Positions 41,714 through 54,796 of a stretch of 64,000 nt of DNA are shown one piece after another. The number at the start of each line of letters is the position of its first letter. The stretch's first letter is position 1. The DNA is from Ylistrum balloti. Lineage: Eukaryota. The DNA lies in the NCBI RefSeq assembly GCF_031769215.1, contig NW_026781942.1, forward strand, positions 3,410,001-3,474,000. The letters are read 5' to 3'. The notes below the pieces were generated by a model. That model did not search any database. It had not been told where the DNA came from and saw only the letters and a program-made list of their open reading frames with translations. A program made the translations under genes and the position numbers.

Positions 41714-42607
41714 ACTAAAACCATTTAAACACAAAAATATTGTTGACATTTTCTGGTTGTTGAAACACTTGTCTTCAAATACCAGACAAGGTATTTAACT
41801 TACTCAGTGTTACATTCGATGTCCATTACACCAACTTCTACAGCCATGACCTTTCTTGACCTTTCCGTTATATCTTTGTTGACATGTTTTGTTGTCTTTG
41901 TATTGACAGAATTATCCTGCTGACATTTTCAAATAATGTTTGTAAGTATCAATTCCTGTCATCTTAACGGTAGAGAGCCATTTCCTTGTCAGCTAGACTT
42001 TTCAGCAATTGTACTTTTGATGACTTGGTAGGTATTTACATGTGACAGATAATTGTTGGCTTCTAAGGAATGGCATTCATAGCTGTGTACATGACGTAGG
42101 TCATTGATTACACACTAGGGGACTTGGTAGAAAGCAGTCTATTCTATGTTGTTGTACTAGAGGACTTTGAAGAATAGATGCCAGTTGAACATGGACACAG
42201 AATTTCTGTAAATTGTAAATCATTAAATGTGTCCTGGAGCCTAAAATTAACGTCTGATTTATCAAGTGTACTCCTTGACTCCATATATTACTGTAGCCAG
42301 TGTTAACTGCCATTGAATGTAACACTCTGAACTGAGCCTGCCAGGAGTTATTCTGATATTGTGTCAGAATAAAACCTTTCCTTTTGTTTCCGTTTGTACA
42401 GTTTCAATTTTCAGTGTTGACTGACAGAAACTTTTGAAGTCTTCTTTTCATTATGAAAAGAATACAGAAAACTTGGATGAGTGAAAAACGATAGTTTTGT
42501 GTGACTAAATTTAAGTTTACATTGTGTGACTTTACACAGTATAGCTAAGTGTTAGAGTTTTATTTTATTCTTTTTTAAGTTAGTGACATCTTGAACACTG
42601 TGATGCT

Positions 42608-42809
42608 TTAGTGTTGTGTCCAATCCTAATATAAGTTAGTGTTGTGTCCAATCCTAATATAGGTTAGTGTTGTGTCCAATCCTAATATAGGTTAGTGTTG
42701 TGTCCAATCCTAATATAGGTTAGTGTTGTGTCCAATCCTAATATAAGTTAGTGTTGTGTCCAATCCTAATATAGGTAAGTGTTGTGTCCAATCCTAATAT
42801 AGGTTAGTG
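42608..42809. repeat. 28-bp minisatellite, 7 copies
   Basis: Unit gttagtgttgtgtccaatcctaatatag. Confidence 0.95.
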
Positions 42810-44172
42810 ATGTGTTCAGTACTATCATTAGTACATTTCCAGCCTTATCATAAAAGTTTGCTTGATGTTGTACTTTTGAGCTGTGTCCTGTCTTATGATA
42901 TGCCAGTGTTGTGCTCAGCGGTACTTAAATATTAGTAGTGTCTTTCCAAAGCCTTTGACAGTTACTGCAGTATCAATGAAAACTGCTTCACAGTGTGTAA
43001 CTTTGTCTGTATCATGGATGTCTACTTATCAGCTCATATAAGGTGTAATAATCCATTTAAAGAGAAATGATGGACCATTAGAGCTTGCTTAGGGTTGAAG
43101 AGTGGTCCTAGATAGAGGGATAGCAGGACAACCATAGGTGTTTCCTGACATCTTGTCAATATTGACCTGAGATAAGGAAAATAGAGGCTAGCTAAGGGAT
43201 ATGCCAGATATCCACAGAGTTGTTGAGAGGTGTGAGGTGTACCCAGTGTTGTTACATTTGAAAGATAATTTAACCTGCTAGATGTGTTTCTGTATCAGCT
43301 GAGGAGAGAATTTATTTACTGTTGAAATTTATCAAATATTTAAAAAAAAAAAAAGTTGACTTAACATGGTCATGAGAAATGGACTCAATGCTGGACATTA
43401 TAATATGTTTTTAATTTAACAGAACAACTAAGTCATGGGTGGGCTTATTACTGGACATGGGTTTATGAGTAGATAGAAAAATAATTTTGATCTTCAGTAG
43501 TTGTCAATTTTTATTGTTAGTTCAGGTCAGATTACTTTTTCTTTTCCAGGGTTATGACCATTTAACTTTAATCAAAATTTTGCTAAAAGTTGTAACACCA
43601 TAACAGCCTTGCCAGGACTCCAGTTTTACTAAATGAGTAATACAAGTAGCTAGTACACATCTTAACAATGCTGATAACACTAAAAAGCTCCATTCGTCTC
43701 CTGTTGTTGCTGGTATAAACATTGACACATCTCAATTTTTTTCTGAATTAAATTGTTGTACCTCTAGAAAATTTGTAACGGATATGAAGACAGGACACTG
43801 TGAAGACAATTTATTACTGACAGCAATAGCCTGTTAATTGATCTCTATAAATGATGCTTACTGATTACCTTAGAATGGGATGCTATAGATATATAATTGA
43901 ATGCTTTATAATTCAATTTAAAACTGAAAATTTTTAAAGTTAAACTTACAATAGGTAAACATGTTTGTTTGTTTACACAATTATACAAGATATGATTAAC
44001 TAAAACGGTAGATTTAAAGTTAATGTTACCGTATTTACTACTACTAATATCATGTTTATCTAACCCAATTATAGAAAACAGTAATATATACATTTGTAGC
44101 TATCAGGATTTGATTTGAGATTGAAGGCAAAAAATCATTTCAATGTCATGAAGATTTATATGATATAAATAA

Positions 44173-44174
<2 letters not shown>

Positions 44175-44215
<41 letters not shown>
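44175..44215. repeat. (AT)n microsatellite
   Basis: About 20 AT dinucleotides with one interruption. Confidence 0.9.
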
Positions 44216-44376
44216 AAAAGTGGTCACAATAAGATTACCCTCAGAACTTATCCAGACTTGACAGCATCTAAATAAAAGGGAAGTCATTTGACAAGGGAAG
44301 TAACTTTGTCTCTAGAACTTCAGAAACCATCAATATAGTTGAATTCTATATTTGAATGCATCTGATGTTGTTGCCA

Positions 44377-45487
44377 TTTCTAGCTCACTTGGCCCGAATT
44401 GCTGCGCTATAGGGATACCGCATCGTCCGTTATCCATCCGTCATCTGTTGTCTGTCAATTTTTCTTATAAATTGCTACTGGTCATGAACAACTGAGCAGA
44501 TTTTAATCAAATTTGGTCTGAAACATCCTTGGAGGAAGAGGAGCCAATTTTGTGTAAATGGTGGGTCTGACCCCAAAAGGCCTGAGGGATAGCGCCTTGC
44601 AGGAAAAATCTATCAAATTCTTTAAAATTTTTATCTTGTTCTTCATGAATTGCAAGATATTGTCCAAATTTGGTCTGAAGCCTGCTTGCGTGAAGGGAAA
44701 ACCATTTTGTATACCCTTTGAGTCTCGGCCTCCTGGAGCCCAATTGGGGAACGATAGCAAATTCCCTAAAAAATCTTCCTTTTCCTATAGGAATCAATTG
44801 ATTTTGTCCATATTTGGTCTGCAGCATTCTTGGTGAAAAGGTATAAGTTTGTATAAACCGTTGGTCTTGTCCCGCTGGGGCCAGAGAGGAAGGGCCCAAT
44901 CGGGAAAATCTATCGATTTCTTTTGGTTTCGGCTCTTTTGGTCTGGTGTGTTGGTCCCAAAAAGGGTAATAGAGTAAATTCTTCCTCTGTAAGAATACAT
45001 AGATGTTGTCCCAATTCGGCCTAATGGATACTTGGGTGAAGAGGAATCCATTTTGTAGAAACGATGGATCTTAGCCCTGTATGGCTAGAGTGATGGAACC
45101 TAAAAAGCGAAATAGGCAAATTCTTCAAGATCATTCTTCTTATATGGAAATGCCTTGATTCTATCCCAATTTGGTGTGAGACATGCTTGGGAAAAGGGGT
45201 CAATTTTGTATGAACAGAAGATTCTGGCCCATTGGGACCTGAGGGGTGTACCAAAATATTGGACATAGAGCAAATTCTTTTAAACCTCTATTATGCTGAA
45301 ACTGAAGATATTCCTGGTGGAGAGAATTAGGTATATACAAACAGCTGCATCAAACTCCACTTGGAGCGTTAAACATGTTACAGTGAAACTGATACAAGTG
45401 TTGTAAATATTTTTCCCTTGGTTAAGATAAATCAATTTCAATAAACGTAACCAAGTGAGTGATGCAGGCCCCATGAGTCTTTTGTTC
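44377..45487 (+). mobile_element. Second HINE-type element of the same family
   Basis: tagctcacttgg (44381) and ccaagtgagtga (45451) form subTIRs. It has an atcgtccgttatccatccgtc microsatellite and shares ctactRgtcatgaacaact and cttggaggaagagg blocks with the 35.5-kb copy. caaatttggtctg-like units lie at 44508, 44665, 44809, 45012 and 45167. Confidence 0.7.
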
Positions 45488-47836
45488 TTAGATAACATGG
45501 GTTTTTATTAGGGACATTATGGTAGCTGTAGGAGACATGCAAATGAATGACTCAAAAAAAGAGAGAAGAAAATGTGTATAGTGTGGCGTCTTGGTATGAC
45601 TTGTGTGTGTATGTTTCTACATCAAGGATGGTTTTGTTTGTATTTTGTATAATAATTTGTATATAAATGTATTGTTTACCTTGTTTGCATCTGAAATAAA
45701 TAAAGCTGTTTTAATTACCTTTGCTGTGTTTCCTTTATTCATGTCAGAAAATTGCCTGCAGTCATTAATTTTCTGTGAATTTCTGGTGTCTGTTTGATCT
45801 CGGTGATGTTTGCAATGGAAATACACTTTGTGATTAATTATTCAGACTTTTGTTTTGGTCGTGGTGGCTAAATGTTCACACTCTTAGTCTTTAATTAATA
45901 CCTACAGTGTAGTTGTGTTGAAGGAGTGTTTTCTTTTGAGTAAAGCGAAGACAACAACTGGGAGATGTGCTGTGCAACTTGAAACAAATCTGCTGTGTTT
46001 TACAAAACAGAACATTTCTATTTATTATTTTGTAATAGTCAGATATTTGATTTAAATATTGTTTTTTTTGGTGGGTTTATTACACGATAAACAACCAGTC
46101 ATTTTGTAGGAGCTGGTAGCTACCTCTCTGAACATTATATGGGAGGCTATCACATGTTACAAGATTGATTAGGGTAAAGTGTGTTACTTGTGAAGACAAC
46201 AGCACAGAGCAGACCATTTCTCATCTTCATGAAAAAATACAAACCGTCATGGGTAGGTGACATTTAAACCTCACTTCTGGGATTGTCACTTAAAGTTAAG
46301 TGGACACAACATTCTACTGAGTGAGCTATCTCTGTCACAGATTTAAATGAAATGGTAGTTGGTTGAAATTAACAACTCATGTTAAGAAAAAGAATGACTA
46401 TTTAAGGAGATGTGATAGAAAGTTGATCAAACTTTTGGTATTTTAGATACAAAGAAATTGTTGATGATAAATAGTAAATGTTGACTTCTACTGGATTTGT
46501 TAAATTTCTGTTCAGCCCAGTCAAGTCCTTCTAACCTAGTCCATCTGTGACTGTGTATGAAAAAATATTAGTATTTAATAAAGTATTTGGAAAAAGCAAC
46601 ATGTTTTCAGTTTGTTCAGTTAGAGATATGTTTAGACATTCTTCCATGTAGAGGAAATTTTCATTCAAACTCTGCAAGGGTCAAGTATGTTACAAACTTT
46701 AAACAGATTCCAGTTGATAACAAAAGGCATGTGTAGGGTGTTGTCATTTGACGGGTAGAATGCTTGGATGAAGGGCTAACAAGTTTATCCAAATGGTTGA
46801 CCTTGACCCACTTTCATTGTCAAATGTGTTAAAATCTTCAATGTCTTTTTGATAACCAAAATAGGTTGTTATTAGTTCTGTTACATAATAGGCCTACCAG
46901 ATGAATTCAGTAGATTGACATTAGCCCACTTTCAAGGTCACTGAGGTCAAATGCATTGATAACTTAAAATATCTTCTGTCAACAACCATGAGGTTCTATG
47001 TCATGGTATCTGTGTTCTATACATATCATATTTTCTGCATTATAAGCTGTGGCTTTTTACCTAAGCGGCCCAGCATGCAGTTTATATACCAGTGTGGCTT
47101 AAATGTTGACAAAAAGAAATCTGCAGAAAAAAAGGTGTATCGTTTAGACATTAATTCCAGACCATTAGGTATTTCAGGTCATTTTGTCAAGGTTTATCAC
47201 ATGCGCTATTGACCTGCATGACCTCGCACCCTGATTATTCTGGTTGTTGTAATATGTCATGCATCCAGAAAGACTAAAAATTAGTGATTTAAACCAAGTA
47301 TACCAGTAGAGGAGAAAACCAGTATGAGACATCGGTACCAAGTTTTTTACGAGTACCTGTCCATCATGTGTTTGTGACTGAAATCGATCGTCTAGAACTG
47401 TCATTTGCAACCGTATGCAGGATTATTTTAAGATTGAAATAAAACCAATATTTACATGGATTTAATTAATCATACCCTTTAATATGAATCATAATAATAT
47501 CTTCTGAACTTTCATGGTCCCTACAGAAGCCATTTTGGAAGTTTACAGTAGCCTGGTGCATCCTGGGATTGATAGGTCATCAGGTCAAATTCTAGAACGA
47601 CCGCCATGCTTGTTGACTATAAAAATTGCTTCCTGTAATTTGCAAGAAATAATATGGAACAAAAGAATTTTGTCAATATACAAGAGCCTTTGCTAATATT
47701 TAACAGTACAGACATCGATGAAGATATTGTTAAGTAAACCATACGTAACGTCAGGCCCTAATATCTGTGCATAGACAATATTTACAGACTCCAAAGCCAA
47801 ATGAGTTTGATAATTGCTGTTTTACATTTTTGAAAA

Positions 47837-48039
47837 ACATTAATGAAATAAAGGAGTATCTGTGTATAATTCATTTGCAAACTTTTTAATGAACTTTGGT
47901 CAATGTAATGGGTACATTGAAAGAAAGGCTGCGGCTAATATTCAGGTACTTCTTATATGTGGATCATATTGAAAAAATTGCTAAAAACTAGCCCTTCGGT
48001 TTATACATCGGTGCAGTTGATATCCTAGAAAGTACGATA
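47837..48039 (+). mobile_element. Right-end fragment of a Tc2/pogo-like MITE, copy 3
   Basis: Shares acatt...aaataaag, ctgtgtataattcatttgcaaact and cttatatgtggatcatat...aaattgctaaaaac with copy 1. Ends cctagaaagtacgata. Confidence 0.5.
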
Positions 48040-48116
48040 TATATGAGGAATTGGGTTTCAAATTTGCAAAAATTGAATTTTTATATGAACAGACAGTCTT
48101 CCTTGTAACCTGTAGA

Positions 48117-48202
48117 TCAGATGAGCAATTCAGGCCCATTGGGCCTTTTTTTATACTGGTCTTTATGGTCAGATGACCACTAAGGCCAATTGATCTCTTG
48201 TT
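48117..48202 (+). mobile_element. Two adjacent HINE-type 3' ends
   Basis: tcagatgagcaattcaggcccattgggcc is followed about 20 nt later by tcagatgaccactaaggccaattgatctcttgtt. Confidence 0.5.
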
Positions 48203-49554
48203 CATTATTTCTAATTTTACAGTGCATGGACAGAATTTCAACCTGTCCCTTAGAATTATTTAAAAGTCTCATTGATGTATTGCAGTGATATTTTGATATC
48301 GACCTTAAGTCCTTTATTCTTTAGTGAGGCAGGTCTCTGGACCTGTATCAAGATTTAGATATAATTGATAGTAAGATTCACTTCATTTTGTATTGAAATA
48401 AAAAGCTTTTTATTGTTGAAAAATAAAGGGTGATCAAGTTAACTCCATTGAGACCAATAATTGACTAATGATAAAAAAGATCCTGATTGTTTTGACCCCA
48501 TGTTTACTGAAAAGGGATCATATGATAGAATGTCTGTACCAGTTGTTCAAATGGACTTTGACAATTAAATGAGATGTTTTTTGTACCCTTAGGGAATTGA
48601 TATTCACAGATTGTTTTGACCCCAAACACCTGCACTGGAGTATTTTTTCTTCATTGTGTCCCCATTTAGCCTATTGAACCAAAGACATGTGATAGAGATA
48701 CACTGATTAAACAAACTCTAAAACATTTTACCATGACCCTTTGTAACCTGTTGACCTCAGTGCATGTAAAACTGGATGGTGTACATCTTTAGTTTTTCGA
48801 TTGTCCTGACCCTGTATGACCTTGTGACCCCTTGAAATGTGATGACCCCAGCTGGGTTCATGAGTCAATGAATCAGCAGTTGTGTAGCATTACACCTATT
48901 GGAGTTTATGTATCTAATGAAGCGTACCCGACAGTCAACAGACTGTGTATACCTACAATAATGTACCTTCACACTACAACAGAACATCTGTTACTTAACC
49001 ATGTTTTGTACAGAGAGGATTAAAGATGCATGCTACTATGGGAAACAGACAAAAGTATTTCTGATCTAGATAGGAATTCAGAGGGGTAGAAAAAACCACC
49101 GTTATACTTGAAGGATGTACAGGTAGAGGTTGTGTGTTATCAGGAGGACGATGGTGTGTCAATATTCGTGGATATATATATACCTAATGTGATTCTGATG
49201 GCAGTGTGATAGAATACCTGTGTGAAATTGTCACCTGGACAAAGTATAAACAGTATGTGCATGTGCCAGGCGTTGAAATTCCTACCAGGATTAGTTTTGA
49301 GTTTATGATGAAATCTTTTAAATATTTACATTTTTGTCAATTTCTTACCTGGAATATGCAGAAATATTGTGTGAAATTTTTACATGGAGTTATCTTCATT
49401 AAAAACTGCCTGGAGTAATTGATTCACCTATAAAAATTCTTATCTTGATTTGATATGTCCAACTAAAAAAAAAATCATAAGAAAAATATATAGCTGTTAT
49501 CAATGTTCTTGGATGTGTTTGTACCTGTACTTAGTAGTTAATTTTTCCTATCAG

Positions 49555-49599
49555 GGACAGAAAGGAAAATCATCATGGAAAAGTACATCATCAAGAAAG
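49555..49599 (+). CDS. Candidate 45-nt exon, phase 1 (GTERKII)MEKYIIKK; may carry an alternative start codon at 49575
   Basis: Acceptor ttaatttttcctatcag| and donor AAG|gtaatt. The exon is purine-rich and open in all three frames. atcATGG is a good start context, leaving a single G before the donor. Confidence 0.5.
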
Positions 49600-52085
49600 G
49601 TAATTATTTTTTAAATATTATTTGTTATTTTACAGTTAGAGTTTTCAGAATTTGATGAAATTTGTGTCTTAGTAACTATATATACAACAGTTCTAATAGA
49701 CTTACAGGACAAAGACGTTTGATGTCAGAGTAAAGGATCATCATATGATCCGCCTCTCATCCACTGAATAAGCCTACGTTATGTTTTTGCATGTCACTGT
49801 TGTAATATACCCAGGAAAATTTATTTATCAGGTACTCCAGTCAGAATTTGATTATAATGTCATAATACTGACTATCACATTTGGTCATGACTCAACAAAA
49901 TAGCTGTTTTACTTGATTTTGTTCTCTAAATCCTGACCTTTAACCTACCACAATACGTTCACATGATAAAAAATATTTTGAATTTGTTTTTATTTCCAAA
50001 TAGATGTTATCAAAATCATCTTAATTTAACTTAATCATTGCTCACCAGGTGTTGGAAAAATATACATGGGATTGTCTAGTGTCAGTATACAGAGGTCACA
50101 GGTATTTAATTAGTCTATGATGGGCTTTCATAATAATTAACAATATAAGAATATAGTCAATATGGATAGGTACTTGTATTTTGTCTGTGAACACACGTAC
50201 AAATGATTTAGCTATCGTTAACAAGGATTTCTGAATAAGGATATGATAGAATATGGCAATGTTGTATTGCATTTAAATGATGTATATTTCATAGAGGGGG
50301 TGATGTCTATTTCATAGGATGACATCAACTGTCAAAAAGGTTAATGCTTTCAAATCCTTGTGATTCAACACTTTGGTTGATTTTTTTTTTGTAAATGAAG
50401 ATTGAGCTTGTAAATCGTTTAGCACAAATATAAGCTAAAGCTCGAGGCTTTCCCATATCTCAGAAGACCATGGGGAGGCACAGTGCATTTGTAGGTATAT
50501 ATATAAAACTGTGGTAGTTGACAGTGATATGGTTGTATAATTTTTAAAGACTGTTAAAGGTATTAGTGTTTGAGGAATTATCTAGTAGTTTCTGCTCTAC
50601 AGGAAACTCTATTAAAAGTATCAGTGTATTTACATATGTAATCTTGTTTAATCTAACAACTGCAATATTTGACTTAGTTAATATGTATATGTGGATTTTT
50701 TTTTATCATTTTCTAACATCAATATAATATAAACTTACCATATTGATTCTAATAACAGCCCACTTCTCATTTATTTTAAGAAAAACCTGCAAATAGAGTA
50801 AATACTTTAAAAGTATTTATAGAAACCTTGGCTGAACTTCATGACAAAATTTAGGCCGTCTATGGACACTTGTTATGTTTTACTCTCAGAAAAAAGCCCC
50901 CTTGTCATTGGTCCTGGCTTCAAGAAAATATTTTTTGAAAACAATACCAAATTTTGCCGTCTGCTCTGATAAAGATCTTTGATATAGTGGTCTGGATTTC
51001 CCCTTGTAGACTTTGAATAAGAAAAGTTTAAATCTCGGCTGTTATTGGTAATACTGGTTCTTACAATGGTGATGGTCTGAATAGAATGGAACCCTCTCAT
51101 GATATAGGTCTCATGATATGACAGTTGCTGAATCTAAATCCACATGAAAGTTTGTCTTTTTAATACATGTAGTACTGCTGCATTCATCCTGGAATAAGTC
51201 AAAAAGGCCAACTTGATTTAATGTCATGGGGTGGGCTTATTAAAGGACAATGAAATATCATTGGTTTTGTTATACAACAATAGATTTTGGTATGGGGATG
51301 GGGTGCTTATTACCAGACATTGGTGTAACATCGCTGAATAAATATAGTAAGTAGGTTGATGGCCTTAGAAGTCAAACGTATTCTTTGTGATGTCTTCATT
51401 CGGTAATGAAGTGCTGTAGCAAGACACTTATCAACTAAACTTATGATTGTTGTCAGAAGTAATTACTCCAATGTGGAACTAAGCATCATTTGTTTCCATG
51501 GTAACCAACAGTCTATAGTACTCTCATGGGGACTAGGCAGTGGATGCTATCTTGGTCCACTGAAATCTTGACAGATATCTTGATAAATGAAAAGGAATAT
51601 AGCCATGCATGTCCGTTTGAAATAGAGCTTGTTCCTCACTGTGAACTTGGTATTATATACCATGTTGCCTGTACACAAGATTTTGGTGAAGTCTCTACTT
51701 CCGTGTTGTCCTGAAGGTAGAGTCCAAAAAGGAAAGCAAAAAAAGAATATGCCTTAAAATGAGGAGATTTACATGTAGATCAAATTGTCTTGGTTCAAGT
51801 TTAAGATTCTTTCCAGAATTTTGGCTCTTGAACTTGAACATTTTAAGAATTTATCTGTCTTCATTTATTTTCTCAGAGTTGAATGTGGAGATGTAGATTG
51901 ATTTTATTTGAGTTTTATTTTCTTGTGTAATGGTGCTAAGTTTCAACATTTTTTACCATTAGCATCAGATGTATGATACAGTGTAATTCATTATATGGCT
52001 TTACACTAACTTTATATTTATATTGAAAGGTGCTGTTCACCTGTGTGTCTTTTGTACTGTCTTTAATACGTGTTGTGTGTAGATT

Positions 52086-53164
52086 TGTGTGACCACTGAC
52101 ATTTTAGCTGTAGCAGTGTTTGTCTGGAGTACACCTGTGTGACCAAGCTGTAGCATTGTTTGTTTGGAGTACACCTGTGAGACCAAGCTGTAGCATTGTT
52201 TGTTTGGAGTACACCTGTGAGACCAAGCTGTAGCAGTGTTTGTCTGGAGTACACCTGTGTGACCACTAACATTTTAGCTGTAGCAGTGTTTGTCTGGAGT
52301 ACACCTTTGTGATCACTGACATTTTAGCTGTAGCAGTGTTTGTCTGGAGTAGACCTGTGTGACCACTGACATTTTAGCTGTAGCAGTGTTTGTCTGGAGT
52401 AGACCTGTGTGACCACTGACATTTTAGCTGTAGCAGTGTTTGTCTGGAGTACACCTGTGTGACCACTGACAATTAAGCTGTAGCAGTGTTTGTCTGGAGT
52501 ACAACTGCGTGGTCACTTTAGCAGTGTTTGTCTGGAGTACACCTGTGTGACCACTGACATTTTAGCTGTAGCAGTGTTTGTCTGGAGTACACCTGTGTGA
52601 TCACTGTAGCAGTGTTTGTCTGGAGTACACCTGTGTGATCACTGGAGCAGTGTTTGACAGGAGTATACCTGTGTGACCACTGACATTTTAGCTGTAGCAG
52701 TGTTTGTCTGGAGTACACCTGTGTGGCCAAGCTGTAGCAGTGTTTGTCTGGAGTAGACATGTGTGACCACTGTAGCAGTGTTTGTCTGGAATACACCTGT
52801 GTGTCACTGTAGCAGGGTTTGTCTGGAGTACACCTGTGTGATCACTTTAGCAGTGTTTGTCTGGAGTACACCTTTGTGACCACTGTAGCAGTGTTTGTCT
52901 GGAGTACACCTGTATGACCACTGACATTTTAGCTGTAGCAGTGTTTGTCTGGAGTACACCTGTGTGATCACTGACATTTTAGCTGTAGCAGTGTTTGTCT
53001 GGAGTACACCTGTGTGACCAAGCTGTAGCAGTGTTTGTCTGGAGTACACCTGTGTGATCACTGTAGCAGTGTTTGACAGGAGTATACCTGTGTGACCACT
53101 GACATTTTAGCTGTAGCAGTGTTTGTCTGGAGTACACCTGTGTGATCACTGTAGCAGTGTTTGA
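52086..53164. repeat. Modular minisatellite with 38, 40 and 50-bp unit variants
   Basis: Constant core tgtagcagtgtttgtctggagtacacctgtgtga with variable linkers (ccactgacattttagc, ccaagc, tcac). Confidence 0.93.
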
Positions 53165-54796
53165 CTGATGTAGATCTGTTTGCTGCTATGTGTACACAGT
53201 AACACTGTGCCAGTAGGTGACTGTCATTGATAAAACACAACATGCTGATGCAGGCATGTAGCAGAGATGAGATAGCGAACAATATGATGATATGATACTT
53301 AAGGGAAATACCAGACTACATTATTTATTCTGCGGTAAACCCCTGCCAGGTAATAAGCCCACCCATAGATATTGAAATATAAATATATACTATTTTTTTC
53401 AGAAAATCTTTAGGAAATAGGGAATAGTGTATGTATTGTTCATTCAATTGACAGAGCATGCCTCTTGGATTCAGTAAACAGAACCCATACTGGACACTTG
53501 GTAGGAAATGTTCTGTTTCGTTATATAGACGTATTAACCTGTGATATCACAGGATATAGATGGCTTAATAGAAATATTTCTGTTTATTTATAACACTTCA
53601 GTTTGTCAACTACAGCTCAATATAGTATATTTGTTTAGGAAAGGATTTCCGGGATTATTACACCTTACCTACAGCGGAAGTCTCACTGTATCACTCCCTA
53701 GTAATGTTTACTGTTGAGATAATTTGTTTGCTATCAGAACTGATTTCCAAAGCATCCTATAAGTTCTACAAGTCAACAAGTTGCTAGGCTATGATTACAG
53801 TTTATCCTTCATTGGCAGACGGTATGGGAGGGAGATAAGACGGACATCTTTAATGATGTTTGTTGGGAACAAAAAACTTTATTCATTGATAACTATAAAT
53901 TGTTAGGTACTTCGTGTCAACAAATTGATGTAATTGCTGTGTATGTTGATTTCTACTCTGTTAGAATTGCTCATGTCATTATTTCTGTGTGATGATGGTG
54001 ATGTTCAAGAGGAGTGCACTAACAAGGCTTTTTCCCACTTCCCTCCAACATGAAGACCAAAGTCAATATGTTTTATTGTGGTCTTAAATAAAAAAGAGAG
54101 TAAAGTGATGTTTAAATCTATATTCACATGTGTGTCTTTTGTACTCTCTTTGTATAGGTACCTCTTTTCTGAGCTGTATACTTCACAAGACTCAGCTATT
54201 GTTGCTGATAACTAATCAGTTTTGTTAGACTTGCTAAAATTCTAGTCATTTGTGCAAGACTGTCTGTCTAGCTGTACAAAATGAAAATGGTACATAAGGG
54301 AATTTGCCATTGATGGACTGGTGTTCCCAGAACAGACAAACATTTGTACTTTCAGTAACCATTATGGATTGAAACTGTTCCCAGACTCTGATCTCCATTA
54401 AGCTGTTTCTATATTAATAATTGATCTTTGAGATTCCCTTGGTTGTAAGCCTGTTTCTTACAATATATATATCCCGAACATTGAAACATTATTGTTTTTT
54501 CCTGCAGTATTTCTTTACATTAGATTTACCACATTTTTCTGCTTCAACAAAATTTATGGATGAATGATTAAAAAGTGAAAATGATGTAAGCATTGATATA
54601 TCCATTACCGGATTTATGTTGCAAAAAGTTCATGTCTGGAAATAAGCCCAGCCTACTTCTATTACAGTTTATTAGCAACAAATGCTTCATCTCTGTCCAA
54701 TGATATGCCCATTTATCCCAATTCAAGTTAGTAGGTATGTATTGAACCAAAGGCTTATTTGAAGATAAACAGGGTAACAATTTGGTTGTTTAACTG

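Noticed and set aside
14718-48039. Apparent shared cryptic peptide (YDPHIR...KFANELYT) on the minus strand of three dispersed repeats
   Set aside because: Stop codons fall at the same positions in different copies, so the ancestor was non-coding. The sequence is better explained as Tc2-like MITE ends.
52086-53164. CRISPR-like appearance (also the 22.5-kb palindromic array)
   Set aside because: Linkers are reused rather than unique spacers, there are no cas genes, and the context is eukaryotic.
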